NCBI GenBank assembly: GCA_043826455.1
Contig: JBDRQD010000077.1
Coordinates: forward strand, 1-35,631
DNA: 35,631 bases
Direction: 5' to 3'
DNA from: Candidatus Bathyarchaeota archaeon
GTDB lineage: Archaea > Thermoproteota > Bathyarchaeia > TCS64
Shown: piece by piece, positions 1-6,532 of the stretch
Position numbering within the stretch: position 1 is the first letter of the stretch
How the letters are laid out: the number at the start of each line of letters is the position of its first letter
Notes under the pieces: model-generated
Database searches by the model: none
The model's input: the letters and a program-made list of their open reading frames with translations, nothing else
Told to the model about the DNA's origin: nothing
Translations under genes and position numbers: made by a program

Positions 1-2
1 GG

Positions 3-836
3 GATCGGTAGGCCGTGGTAGGGGGCGCAGTACTCCTGGGTGGGGCACCAGCTCATCCCGTAGTAGTCCTCGGTGCCTGTGCCCACGAGGCTGGGCAGCT
101 TCTCTCCGTCTATGTAGATCATGTCGTCGCCTTCGCCGTACCAGTTGAACTTGTCAGTTTTCCGGAGGTTGACGACGTTGACGTTGCAGCCCACGTAGTG
201 GCCTTTGCCCTCGGCCTCCAGCAGCAGGTAGTTGCCCTTACCGTCCGGGTTCTCTCCCTCGAACATCCAGGTCCTGTTGGGGACCCCTCTATCGCTTATA
301 CCGTCTGTGGGGTTCTCCCTGCGCCACATGGCGTGGAACCTGCCCAGGCCGTCCCCGGGCTTGCTCCACTCCTCGTAGTCCACGTAGTAGTAGAAGCTGG
401 CCACCTGCCTCTCGCCCTGGTTCTCCAGGGTGATGCGGGCGCCCTTGCCGTAGGGCATGGGCCACCAGCAGTTGAAGCCCTTGCCGTCCTCGGGGCTCAT
501 CTGGAGGGGTGCCGAGGCGTAGTTTCTGGTGAGGCCGTGACCGATGCCGAAGAAGTCGCCTATGGGGGCTTCTACGCTGGGCTCTTTCTCGTCGTCCCAG
601 TGCATGCGGAGCACCAGCTTCCTGAGGTACCACTCCTCCTCGCTGCGTATGGTGACCCAGATGTGTTTGACGCAGCCTGGGCCCTTCATCTCGGCGAGGA
701 CGGCGGTCTCACCCGGCTGAACGACTATGTAGTCCCTGTTGCCGCCGGTGCGGTCGTAGCTGCTGAACCTGCGTCGGCGGTGGTCCTTGAGGCGGGGGAT
801 GTCGGATAGTTCTCCGCCTAGGCCTGATGAGGACAT
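3..836 (-). CDS. DUF2961 / glycoside hydrolase family 172-like protein, truncated at the window edge
   Basis: Manual minus-strand translation from ATG at 836: MSSSGLGGELSDIPRLKDHRRRRFSSYDRTGGNRD...GPGCVKHIWVT...LRMHWDDEKEPSVEAPIGDFFG...NCWWPMPY...WYGEGDDMIYIDGE...GTGTEDYY. These are typical DUF2961 motifs. Absent from the ORF track because the stop lies outside the window. Confidence 0.85.
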   Translation of the reverse strand, partial: MSSSGLGGELSDIPRLKDHRRRRFSSYDRTGGNRDYIVVQPGETAVLAEMKGPGCVKHIWVTIRSEEEWYLRKLVLRMHWDDEKEPSVEAPIGDFFGIGHGLTRNYASAPLQMSPEDGKGFNCWWPMPYGKGARITLENQGERQVASFYYYVDYEEWSKPGDGLGRFHAMWRRENPTDGISDRGVPNRTWMFEGENPDGKGNYLLLEAEGKGHYVGCNVNVVNLRKTDKFNWYGEGDDMIYIDGEKLPSLVGTGTEDYYGMSWCPTQEYCAPYHGLPI

Positions 837-920
837 GTTGCTCGTGTGGATAGGTGTTGGGTGACGGGAAAAGACTTGGGTTCGTTTGCCTTGTTTGTGT
901 CTTGGCCTGGTTTTATGTTT

Positions 921-1046
921 CTGTGTGTGCGTGGGTGGGGGGGAGGGGGGGTCCCGTCGCCGCCGCCACTTTTCCCGTTTTTCTGGCTTGTTTTTTGGTT
1001 TAGAGGATTTCTAGGTGTTCTTTTGGCGGCGGCGGATGGCGGTGGT
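921..1046. repeat. Dispersed non-coding repeat family B, copy 1
   Basis: Shares TGTGTGTGCGTG..GGGGAGGGGGGG, GAGG.TTTCTAGG.GTTCTTT(T)GGCGG and GGCGGTGGT with 2451-2575. Stem 958-968/1024-1034. Confidence 0.75.
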
Positions 1047-1069
1047 GTCCGCCGGGTGCCGGTGGGCGA

Positions 1070-1660
1070 CTATTTTCTCTGTCTGTACAGGTCTGGGGAT
1101 ACGACCCTGGCCATGGCTTCCTGGTCTAGGGTTCCGCCGAGGAACTCGTTGACTCGTCTTACTGTTGGCCATGGGTCGTTTATGGTCTCGTTGTAGTCCA
1201 CGTGTAGTGTGTCCATGTTGGGCTGTCTCTTCAGCCACTCCTGGGTCTCGGCGAGGTGTCTCCTGTAGAGGGTCGCCATGGTTTCGTCGGTTGGGCTGTC
1301 AGGTGGCTCTCCTCGGCGCTCCATCATCTTTCTTTGGCTGGCGAGGACTTCGGAGACGTCTCTATGCATGAAGATGATCCTGTACTTGTGGTCTGGTGGC
1401 AGGTGTCTGAGGAGCATGCTGATGATCTTGACGGCTTTTCCCTCGGCCTCTCCGAGCCAGGAGGCGTCCCTGTCCAGATGCTTCACATGCTCGTACTCCA
1501 GGTAGCCTCGCAGGTTGTCCTCGTCTGCTTCTCGCTGGTTGTCCGTGAGGACCTCTACGCCTCCCGCCTGGAGCATGCTCATCATCATGCTGGTGCCGCT
1601 GCGGGGTAGCCCCGATACCACTGTGATCATCGGCTCGACTCTGCTGGAATATGGCTCCAC
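1070..1660 (-). CDS. Sulfotransferase family protein (start possibly at the internal MITVVSG)
   Basis: PAPS-binding loop VVSGLPRSGTSMMM, followed by IIFMHRD..EVLASQ and VDYNET. Confidence 0.85.
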   Translation of the reverse strand: MEPYSSRVEPMITVVSGLPRSGTSMMMSMLQAGGVEVLTDNQREADEDNLRGYLEYEHVKHLDRDASWLGEAEGKAVKIISMLLRHLPPDHKYRIIFMHRDVSEVLASQRKMMERRGEPPDSPTDETMATLYRRHLAETQEWLKRQPNMDTLHVDYNETINDPWPTVRRVNEFLGGTLDQEAMARVVSPDLYRQRK

Positions 1661-1742
1661 GGTATAAAAAACCCCGCGGTCACCTGTTTTCAGGTTTGTT
1701 TACGGTGGCCCGGCGCTAAATTTATAACAAACCGTCTGGTGT

Positions 1743-2036
1743 TTGTTGAGGATGGTACGCTTCATCATCTTCCTGGAGATGACCGCCGAGTTCCTCAAGC
1801 TGCCCCTGGAGGAGAGGCAGGCGTTCATCCCCCTGTGGAACCAGGTAGCGACCAAGTACGGTATTAAGATGCTTTTCTGGGGGCTGCCTACGGGGGTGAC
1901 GGAGCATGTGGTCATCGTCTACGAGCTTGTGGGGAACCAGGAGCTGTTCTTCGTGTTTCAGAGGGAGTGGCTTGGGCTGGGTACGCCTGAGGCGGGTAAG
2001 TTTATCCGGAATACGCGTACCATCATCGTGCACTGA
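1743..2036 (+). CDS. Small hypothetical protein, possibly a ferredoxin-like alpha/beta barrel; likely start ATG 1752
   Basis: 97-aa ORF with backbone-like codon usage and a TATA-like TTTATAA about 25-30 nt upstream. Confidence 0.65.
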   Translation: MLRMVRFIIFLEMTAEFLKLPLEERQAFIPLWNQVATKYGIKMLFWGLPTGVTEHVVIVYELVGNQELFFVFQREWLGLGTPEAGKFIRNTRTIIVH

Positions 2037-2079
2037 TGGTCAGGTTATAGGCCGCCACGTGGCCCGGGTTGCAGAAACC

Positions 2080-2108
2080 AGGTTCACCACTGAAACGTGG
2101 TGAAGCCT
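2080..2108. other. Intergenic hairpin
   Basis: AGG-TTCACCAC tgaaac GTGGTGAA-GCCT: 8-bp perfect stem that extends past a bulge. Confidence 0.5.
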
Positions 2109-2134
2109 CTCATCCCGGAATGGTAAGGAATAGG

Positions 2135-2372
2135 AGATGGAGGAGGATTTGATATTCTTTTTTGGCCGGGTTTCGCGGTCATCTGCTTCGTCTGGGTCGG
2201 TTGTACCGTCTTAATGATGGAAATATTCTCCATTGGGTAGTACCCCCCTACCTTTTTTCACGCACGGCCCCTGATCTCATCGGCGTCATTGCTACGTGGT
2301 GACTAGTTTTATGACTGAAAAAACTGCCATAAAATGATACCCCCCTACTTTTTTTTCACATCCGGTCTCTAC
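2135..2372. repeat. Dispersed non-coding repeat family A, copy 1
   Basis: Aligns with 31370-31595. Two internal TACCCCCCTACYTTTTTT units (2241, 2338) flank the inverted repeat TTTTATG...CATAAAA. Confidence 0.8.
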
Positions 2373-2417
2373 TGTGCTGTGCTTTTGGTATTGAATGGGC
2401 CGTTCATCAATGGTGGG

Positions 2418-2442
2418 GGGGGTTCGAACCCACTCCACGCAC
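2418..2442 (+). repeat. tRNA 3'-end-like fragment (att-like, Leu type)
   Basis: GGGGGTTCGAACCCACTCCACGCAC, nearly identical to 6262-6284. Confidence 0.6.
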
Positions 2443-2450
2443 TTTTGTTG

Positions 2451-2575
2451 TTGTGTGTGCGTGTGGGGGAGGGGGGGGTACCACCATCGCCATCGCGTTT
2501 CCACGGTTTTAGGCTCTTTTAGCCGATCGGAGGCTTTCTAGGGGTTCTTTGGCGGTGATGGTGGTCGGCGGTGGT
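2451..2575. repeat. Dispersed non-coding repeat family B, copy 2
   Basis: Homologous to 921-1046. Stem 2480-2491/2554-2565. Confidence 0.75.
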
Positions 2576-2725
2576 AAACCGGCTATCACCGTGACGAGGG
2601 TGGCGAGGCGGTGTGCGGCGGCAGGGAAGTCCTACGAGTCGAGGAGTGTGTGTTAGATAGACGTGTTGGCCATCCTGTGCTGTCTCGGTAAGATCCAGTT
2701 GGGTCTCAGCGTTTTATGTGTTCGC

Positions 2726-2808
2726 GCGGATGTTCCCGAGTGGCCAAAGGGGTCAGGCTTAGAACCTGATGGACTAGTCCTCCGTGGGTTCGAACCCCAC
2801 CCCACATG
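2726..2808 (+). tRNA. tRNA-Leu(TAG) with a non-complementary 3' acceptor strand (possible pseudo-tRNA)
   Basis: 5' GCGGATG; D arm CCCGAGTGGCCAAAGGGG; anticodon arm TCAGG-CT TAG AA-CCTGA; variable arm GGAC-TA-GTCC; T arm GTGGG-TTCGAAC-CCCAC. The 3' strand is CCCACAT instead of the expected CATCCGC. Confidence 0.85.
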
Positions 2809-2856
2809 TAGTTAATATTTTATCTTTAACTGAACAGTGACATCCTCAGGGATTCT

Positions 2857-3690
2857 ATGAGTAGACTGGAAGGAAAGACTGCGCTCATTACAGGTGCAGC
2901 TAGTGGAATAGGAGCAGCAACATCGAGACTATTTGTTGAAGAAGGTGCAAAGGTTCTGCTAACCGATATCATGGACGATGATGGAACAGCTTTAGCCGAT
3001 GAGCTTGGCCCCAACGCTCACTATCTTCACGTTGACGTCTCCAAAGAGAAACAGATCAAGAAGGCAGTTCAACGCTGTGTGGATGAGTGGGGAAAACTCG
3101 ACATTATCTTCAACAACGCTGGCTTTGGAGGAGTACTCGGATCAATAACTGAGATCACTGAACAAGGAATAGACAAAACAATAGACGTCCTCTTCAAAGG
3201 AGTATTGTACGGGGTTAAACACGCTGCGATAGTAATGAAGAGGCAAGGATATGGCTCAATTATTAACAATGCAAGCACAGCTGGAATACGCACAGGCAAC
3301 GGCCCTCACATATACAGCGCCTGCAAGGCAGCGGTAATACAGTTGACTAAAACCGTTGCCTCAGAGATCGGTAAGGATGGCATACGAGTGAACTGTGTCT
3401 GTCCTGGAGGCATTGCTACCCCTATCTTTCTTCGCAGCTTTGGGTATTCCCAAGAAGTCGCTGAGGCTAACCTTGATTTTCTTGAAAGAATGTTAGGTCG
3501 GGGTAGTCATATTGGTCGCTGTGGCACTCCGATGGATGTCGCTAAGGCTGTTCTGTGGCTCGCAAGCGATGACTCGACGTATATTACAGGTCAACCCATT
3601 GTGGTTAGCGGTGGTTCAACAAATGGTGGATTATGGGAAGACATTGAGATACATTTCCGTGCACGTGTAGAAAAAGAAATCAATAAATGA
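2857..3690 (+). CDS. Short-chain dehydrogenase/reductase (SDR)
   Basis: TGAASGIG, NNAG, catalytic YSACK and IRVNCVCPG. Confidence 0.95.
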   Translation: MSRLEGKTALITGAASGIGAATSRLFVEEGAKVLLTDIMDDDGTALADELGPNAHYLHVDVSKEKQIKKAVQRCVDEWGKLDIIFNNAGFGGVLGSITEITEQGIDKTIDVLFKGVLYGVKHAAIVMKRQGYGSIINNASTAGIRTGNGPHIYSACKAAVIQLTKTVASEIGKDGIRVNCVCPGGIATPIFLRSFGYSQEVAEANLDFLERMLGRGSHIGRCGTPMDVAKAVLWLASDDSTYITGQPIVVSGGSTNGGLWEDIEIHFRARVEKEINK

Positions 3691-3700
3691 ATGCTACTAA

Positions 3701-3717
3701 CTTTTATCCCTTTTTTT
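3701..3717 (+). terminator. T-rich archaeal terminator after the SDR gene
   Basis: CTTTTATCCCTTTTTTT directly after the stop codon. Confidence 0.5.
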
Positions 3718-3774
3718 ACGAATCCTCTGTGTGTTTTATAGTTGAGTGATCAGAGACACACCATCGTTGGCATA

Positions 3775-3849
3775 GAAGAATCCAGCTTCGTCATTGGGCA
3801 CCCTCTGGTAATCGATGGAGGACTAAGTCTTGGTTGGAATTGGGAAAAA
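3775..3849 (+). pseudogene. C-terminal remnant of a second SDR gene
   Basis: Translates to EESSFVIGHPLVIDGGLSLGWNWEK, matching the neighbour's DDSTYITGQPIVVSGGSTNGGLWED. In-frame stop at 3739-3741; no N-terminal part. Confidence 0.7.
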
Positions 3850-3868
3850 TATTACGAGAATGAATTAA

Positions 3869-4666
3869 TTACTCTAATCTTCTAGCAAGATCGATCCTCA
3901 GCAAATTAGAGCTGTAACTTCTTGAGACGCCTAGAACTTGTTTAACATCAAGGGATTTGATTGCATCCAGTATCGACTTGTTGAAACCTATGTCCTCCTC
4001 CTTAGGGGCGCCATAGAATATTCTTCCTCTCTGCCCCGACCATACTTCTTTATATGTTGTGTCGCTTGGCGTAGCGATAGGATATGAGCAGTCCGGTTCT
4101 CCATCCATAGCATGGATATACTTGTATCCCAGCATAGGAGCCCCTCGCGGGTTCTGATTCATGGCTTCGATCACCTGTTCAGGCTGCTTGCTCTTTGGCT
4201 CTACCTCTATGCCAAAGAGAAGATTCCCATATAGAGAAACCTCGCATCTGATCTTGCCATCCAGCATGATCCTCGGGTCAGATATGTCGCCGTAAAGCTT
4301 AGGCACACCCAGCAACTCTCTTCCGCCGATAATAGGCATCGTATTGTCCTCATACATAACTACGATGAAGCTTCCCTCAGTCACACCATGTTTTCCCTCA
4401 TGAATCGCTGACACCGATACTGTGGCTATCCTGTATCCTCTTCCTTGTAAGAAGTCCACACCGTCATTGTAGACAAAGGAGGCCGTTACCACGGGTTTTT
4501 CGCTTGGATGATAACAATCCGGGAGCAGTTTCTCTATTTTGCTCGTCGCTGTTAGAAACTGCAGCGCGAAGATCTGACGCTCCCTATAGAGAACGCCACC
4601 ATCTGAGTCAAGCATCATGCCACCCAGCAATGGCATTATGTATACCTTTTTCGGATCTTGTTTCAC
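3869..4666 (-). CDS. Acetoacetate decarboxylase family protein
   Basis: GGRELLGVPK motif with the Schiff-base Lys; N-terminal YIMP. Confidence 0.85.
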   Translation of the reverse strand: MKQDPKKVYIMPLLGGMMLDSDGGVLYRERQIFALQFLTATSKIEKLLPDCYHPSEKPVVTASFVYNDGVDFLQGRGYRIATVSVSAIHEGKHGVTEGSFIVVMYEDNTMPIIGGRELLGVPKLYGDISDPRIMLDGKIRCEVSLYGNLLFGIEVEPKSKQPEQVIEAMNQNPRGAPMLGYKYIHAMDGEPDCSYPIATPSDTTYKEVWSGQRGRIFYGAPKEEDIGFNKSILDAIKSLDVKQVLGVSRSYSSNLLRIDLARRLE

Positions 4667-4746
4667 TTTAAACTACTCCTTTTCTCATCTAAAAATATAC
4701 AGCACTCTTAAAGTCTTTATCCCACTTGGAGTTCCGATTAATAAAA

Positions 4747-4808
4747 AGTGGAGGTTATCGGGAGGCATCTCCACTGAGGGCAGGGTTCGAATCCCATCGA
4801 GCCCGCCA
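4747..4808 (+). repeat. Hairpin plus tRNA 3'-end fragment with CCA (att-like, Arg/Lys type)
   Basis: AGTGGAGGT...ATCTCCACT stem, then GAGGGCAGGGTTCGAATCCCATCGAGCCCGCCA. Confidence 0.7.
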
Positions 4809-4881
4809 TCTACTGAACCGGGCCCTGTCTCAATTCCTTTTCCTGTTGAGGATATACGCGCTGTGCAGAATTGGACGCTTA

Positions 4882-5430
4882 CTAGGCTCTCTTGAACCTT
4901 GTTCTACTCATCTCAGTTACAAAGTATTCTCCCCAGATATGATTCAAGGGTTTAACCTTCTCAACGTCCAATACCTCATCCACTGCGGCATAATCCACTT
5001 CCACCTCCAGTATTTCTCCGAAAATCCAGACAGCTCTCTCCGAGAGCTCAACATATTTAGTCATCCTGCACTCAAACCAGGCATAGGCTTCTTTTATTCG
5101 GGGCGCCTTGACATGGTTTGATTTCTGCTCCGTTAAGCCACATTCCTTTATTTCACTGACCTCATATGGAAAGTCTTTCTCCAGGACCTCCATCAATGGG
5201 CCGAAGCTTTCATCTACAAGGTTTACTACGAACTCCCCGTTCTCCTTTATGTTGGTCCAGGTGTCATGGCTCTTCGTTGACTCGAATCCGAATAACGGCG
5301 TGGGGCGGGTCGCTGCCGGTGAGTTGAAGCTAAAGGGGGCGGCGTTTGAGACCCCGTTTGGGGAGACGGTTGATATTATGACTGTGGGTCTTACCAGTAG
5401 CTTGTAGAACTCTGTTAAATCCAGGTTCAT
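4882..5430 (-). CDS. Flavin reductase-like (flavoredoxin/DIM6-NTAB) FMN-binding protein
   Basis: ISTVSPNGVSNAAPFS, DTWTNIKENGEFVVN and APRIKEAYAWFEC. Confidence 0.9.
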   Translation of the reverse strand: MNLDLTEFYKLLVRPTVIISTVSPNGVSNAAPFSFNSPAATRPTPLFGFESTKSHDTWTNIKENGEFVVNLVDESFGPLMEVLEKDFPYEVSEIKECGLTEQKSNHVKAPRIKEAYAWFECRMTKYVELSERAVWIFGEILEVEVDYAAVDEVLDVEKVKPLNHIWGEYFVTEMSRTRFKRA

Positions 5431-5560
5431 AGCTTTTCGCAGTTTATGAATGACACTTTTGATACATGTGTCTTTGCAGAGGGGGCGCGCCGTGTGATAG
5501 GTTCAAGAATGCATCTGATACAGATTAGATAGTTATTATTTTACATGTAAATCGGTGTCT

Positions 5561-5580
5561 GATCCCTATCCCCCGCACCA
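5561..5580 (+). repeat. Degenerate tRNA-Leu-like 3' end with CCA
   Basis: GATCCCTATCCCCCGCACCA; CCCCCGCA-CCA is the 3' end typical of archaeal tRNA-Leu genes starting GCGGGGG. Confidence 0.55.
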
Positions 5581-5769
5581 TTAACCCAACCCACCGCACT
5601 TGAGGTTATCTACGTTTTTCACTAGCATGAATGTACGGGGGGTTTGACCCCAATCTGATGATGTAATGATTACGGTGGCAGCTTTAGTTGTTCGATGCAG
5701 CTAGCAGGGGAGAAGTCTTAAATCACCCAAAATGAAAATTTCGGGAAGCTACTGAAGAGGAAAGCGGAA

Positions 5770-6132
5770 ATGATCGAGAGCTTCTACTGTGTCAATGTCT
5801 TTACCAATAATATAAAAGAGCTCGTCGAGTTTTACCATGAGAAACTGGAAATCCCGATATTAGGCACGCTGGACGACGACACAAACGGAGTTAACCTCGG
5901 ATTCATTTCGAATGCTCCGATGATATGCATTTGGGATGCCAATAAAGTTGATTCGCCTGTCCAAGGAACGGTCTCCTTCGTTTTTATGTGCGAAAACCTA
6001 GACAAGACATGTGAGGAATTGACCCAAAAAGGCATGACATTCGCCCCGCCAGTTAAATATGAATGGGGTACATACGAGCTACGTCTAAGAGACCCTGACG
6101 AAAATGAAGTCGTGATTGCGGAGCGGTTTTAG
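5770..6132 (+). CDS. VOC (glyoxalase/bleomycin resistance) family protein
   Basis: LVEFYHEKL and PPVKYEWGTYELRLRDPDENEV. Confidence 0.9.
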   Translation: MIESFYCVNVFTNNIKELVEFYHEKLEIPILGTLDDDTNGVNLGFISNAPMICIWDANKVDSPVQGTVSFVFMCENLDKTCEELTQKGMTFAPPVKYEWGTYELRLRDPDENEVVIAERF

Positions 6133-6134
6133 AG

Positions 6135-6230
6135 GACTTAAAACTGATTCTGTACCTTGAAACTGCTCATCTATTAGCTGAAAATGAAAAACAGTTCATA
6201 AAGATGTGACCGAGTTCCTGATAAATAAGA
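6135..6230 (+). pseudogene. Possible frameshifted C-terminal remnant of an alpha/beta hydrolase
   Basis: DLKLILYLETAHLLAENEKQF, then a frame change to KDVTEFLINK. This resembles the catalytic-His and final-helix segment of such enzymes. Confidence 0.35.
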
Positions 6231-6237
6231 AAAGAAT

Positions 6238-6285
6238 GTGGTGATATCACCACTGGCGGTAGGGTTCGAACTCACCCCACGCACA
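6238..6285 (+). repeat. Palindrome plus tRNA-Leu-like 3'-end fragment (att-like); right end of the left array
   Basis: Perfect palindrome GTGGTGATATCACCAC, then TGGCGGTAGGGTTCGAACTCACCCCACGCACA. Confidence 0.7.
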
Positions 6286-6532
6286 AACATAACCTTATCC
6301 TTTTTTAGCTAATTTTTATTGTAGATGATGCAGGCATTACTGCGCCTTCGTAATTTTCTTTTGCCTCTCTCGGCTTTGCCACCATTTCTCTTATATCTAA
6401 TTCACGGAAAAACTCTGAACATGCACGCGCGCGGGCCGGATAAAATCTTTCGGTGACCTCAGACTACTACTTGCTGCACAATAATCGTCTCGAAAAAAGC
6501 CTTAACAGTTCTCGTTCTGGCTCATGAAATAA

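Noticed and set aside
15..809. 264-aa plus-strand ORF and many similar long antisense ORFs (e.g. 6536-7555, 24495-25229, 30435-31472, 32149-33027)
   Set aside because: Shadow frames of well-supported genes on the opposite strand in GC-rich DNA; no motifs.
2241..2360. TACCCCCCTAC units as a CRISPR array or ORB origin boxes
   Set aside because: Only two short units per locus, the sequence between them is conserved across loci, and no cas or cdc6 gene is present. The TCCA..GAAA ORB core is not evident.
2716..2807. Alternative acceptor pairing ATGTG (2716-2720) with CACAT (2803-2807), or a split/permuted tRNA
   Set aside because: It would need a large insertion in the acceptor stem. No bulge-helix-bulge motif or complementary trans-splicing leaders were seen, and the fragments are far shorter than tRNA halves.
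5637..5652. GGGGGGTTTGACCCCA as another T-arm fragment
   Set aside because: Too degenerate, with no acceptor-like tail; not counted among the sites.
5655..5755. TGATGA...CTGA as a C/D box sRNA
   Set aside because: The span of about 100 nt is too long, and no convincing D'/C' boxes are present.
6375..6401. TTATATCTAA resembling the right arm of a Thermococcales dif site
   Set aside because: No matching inverted left arm at 6-bp spacing.
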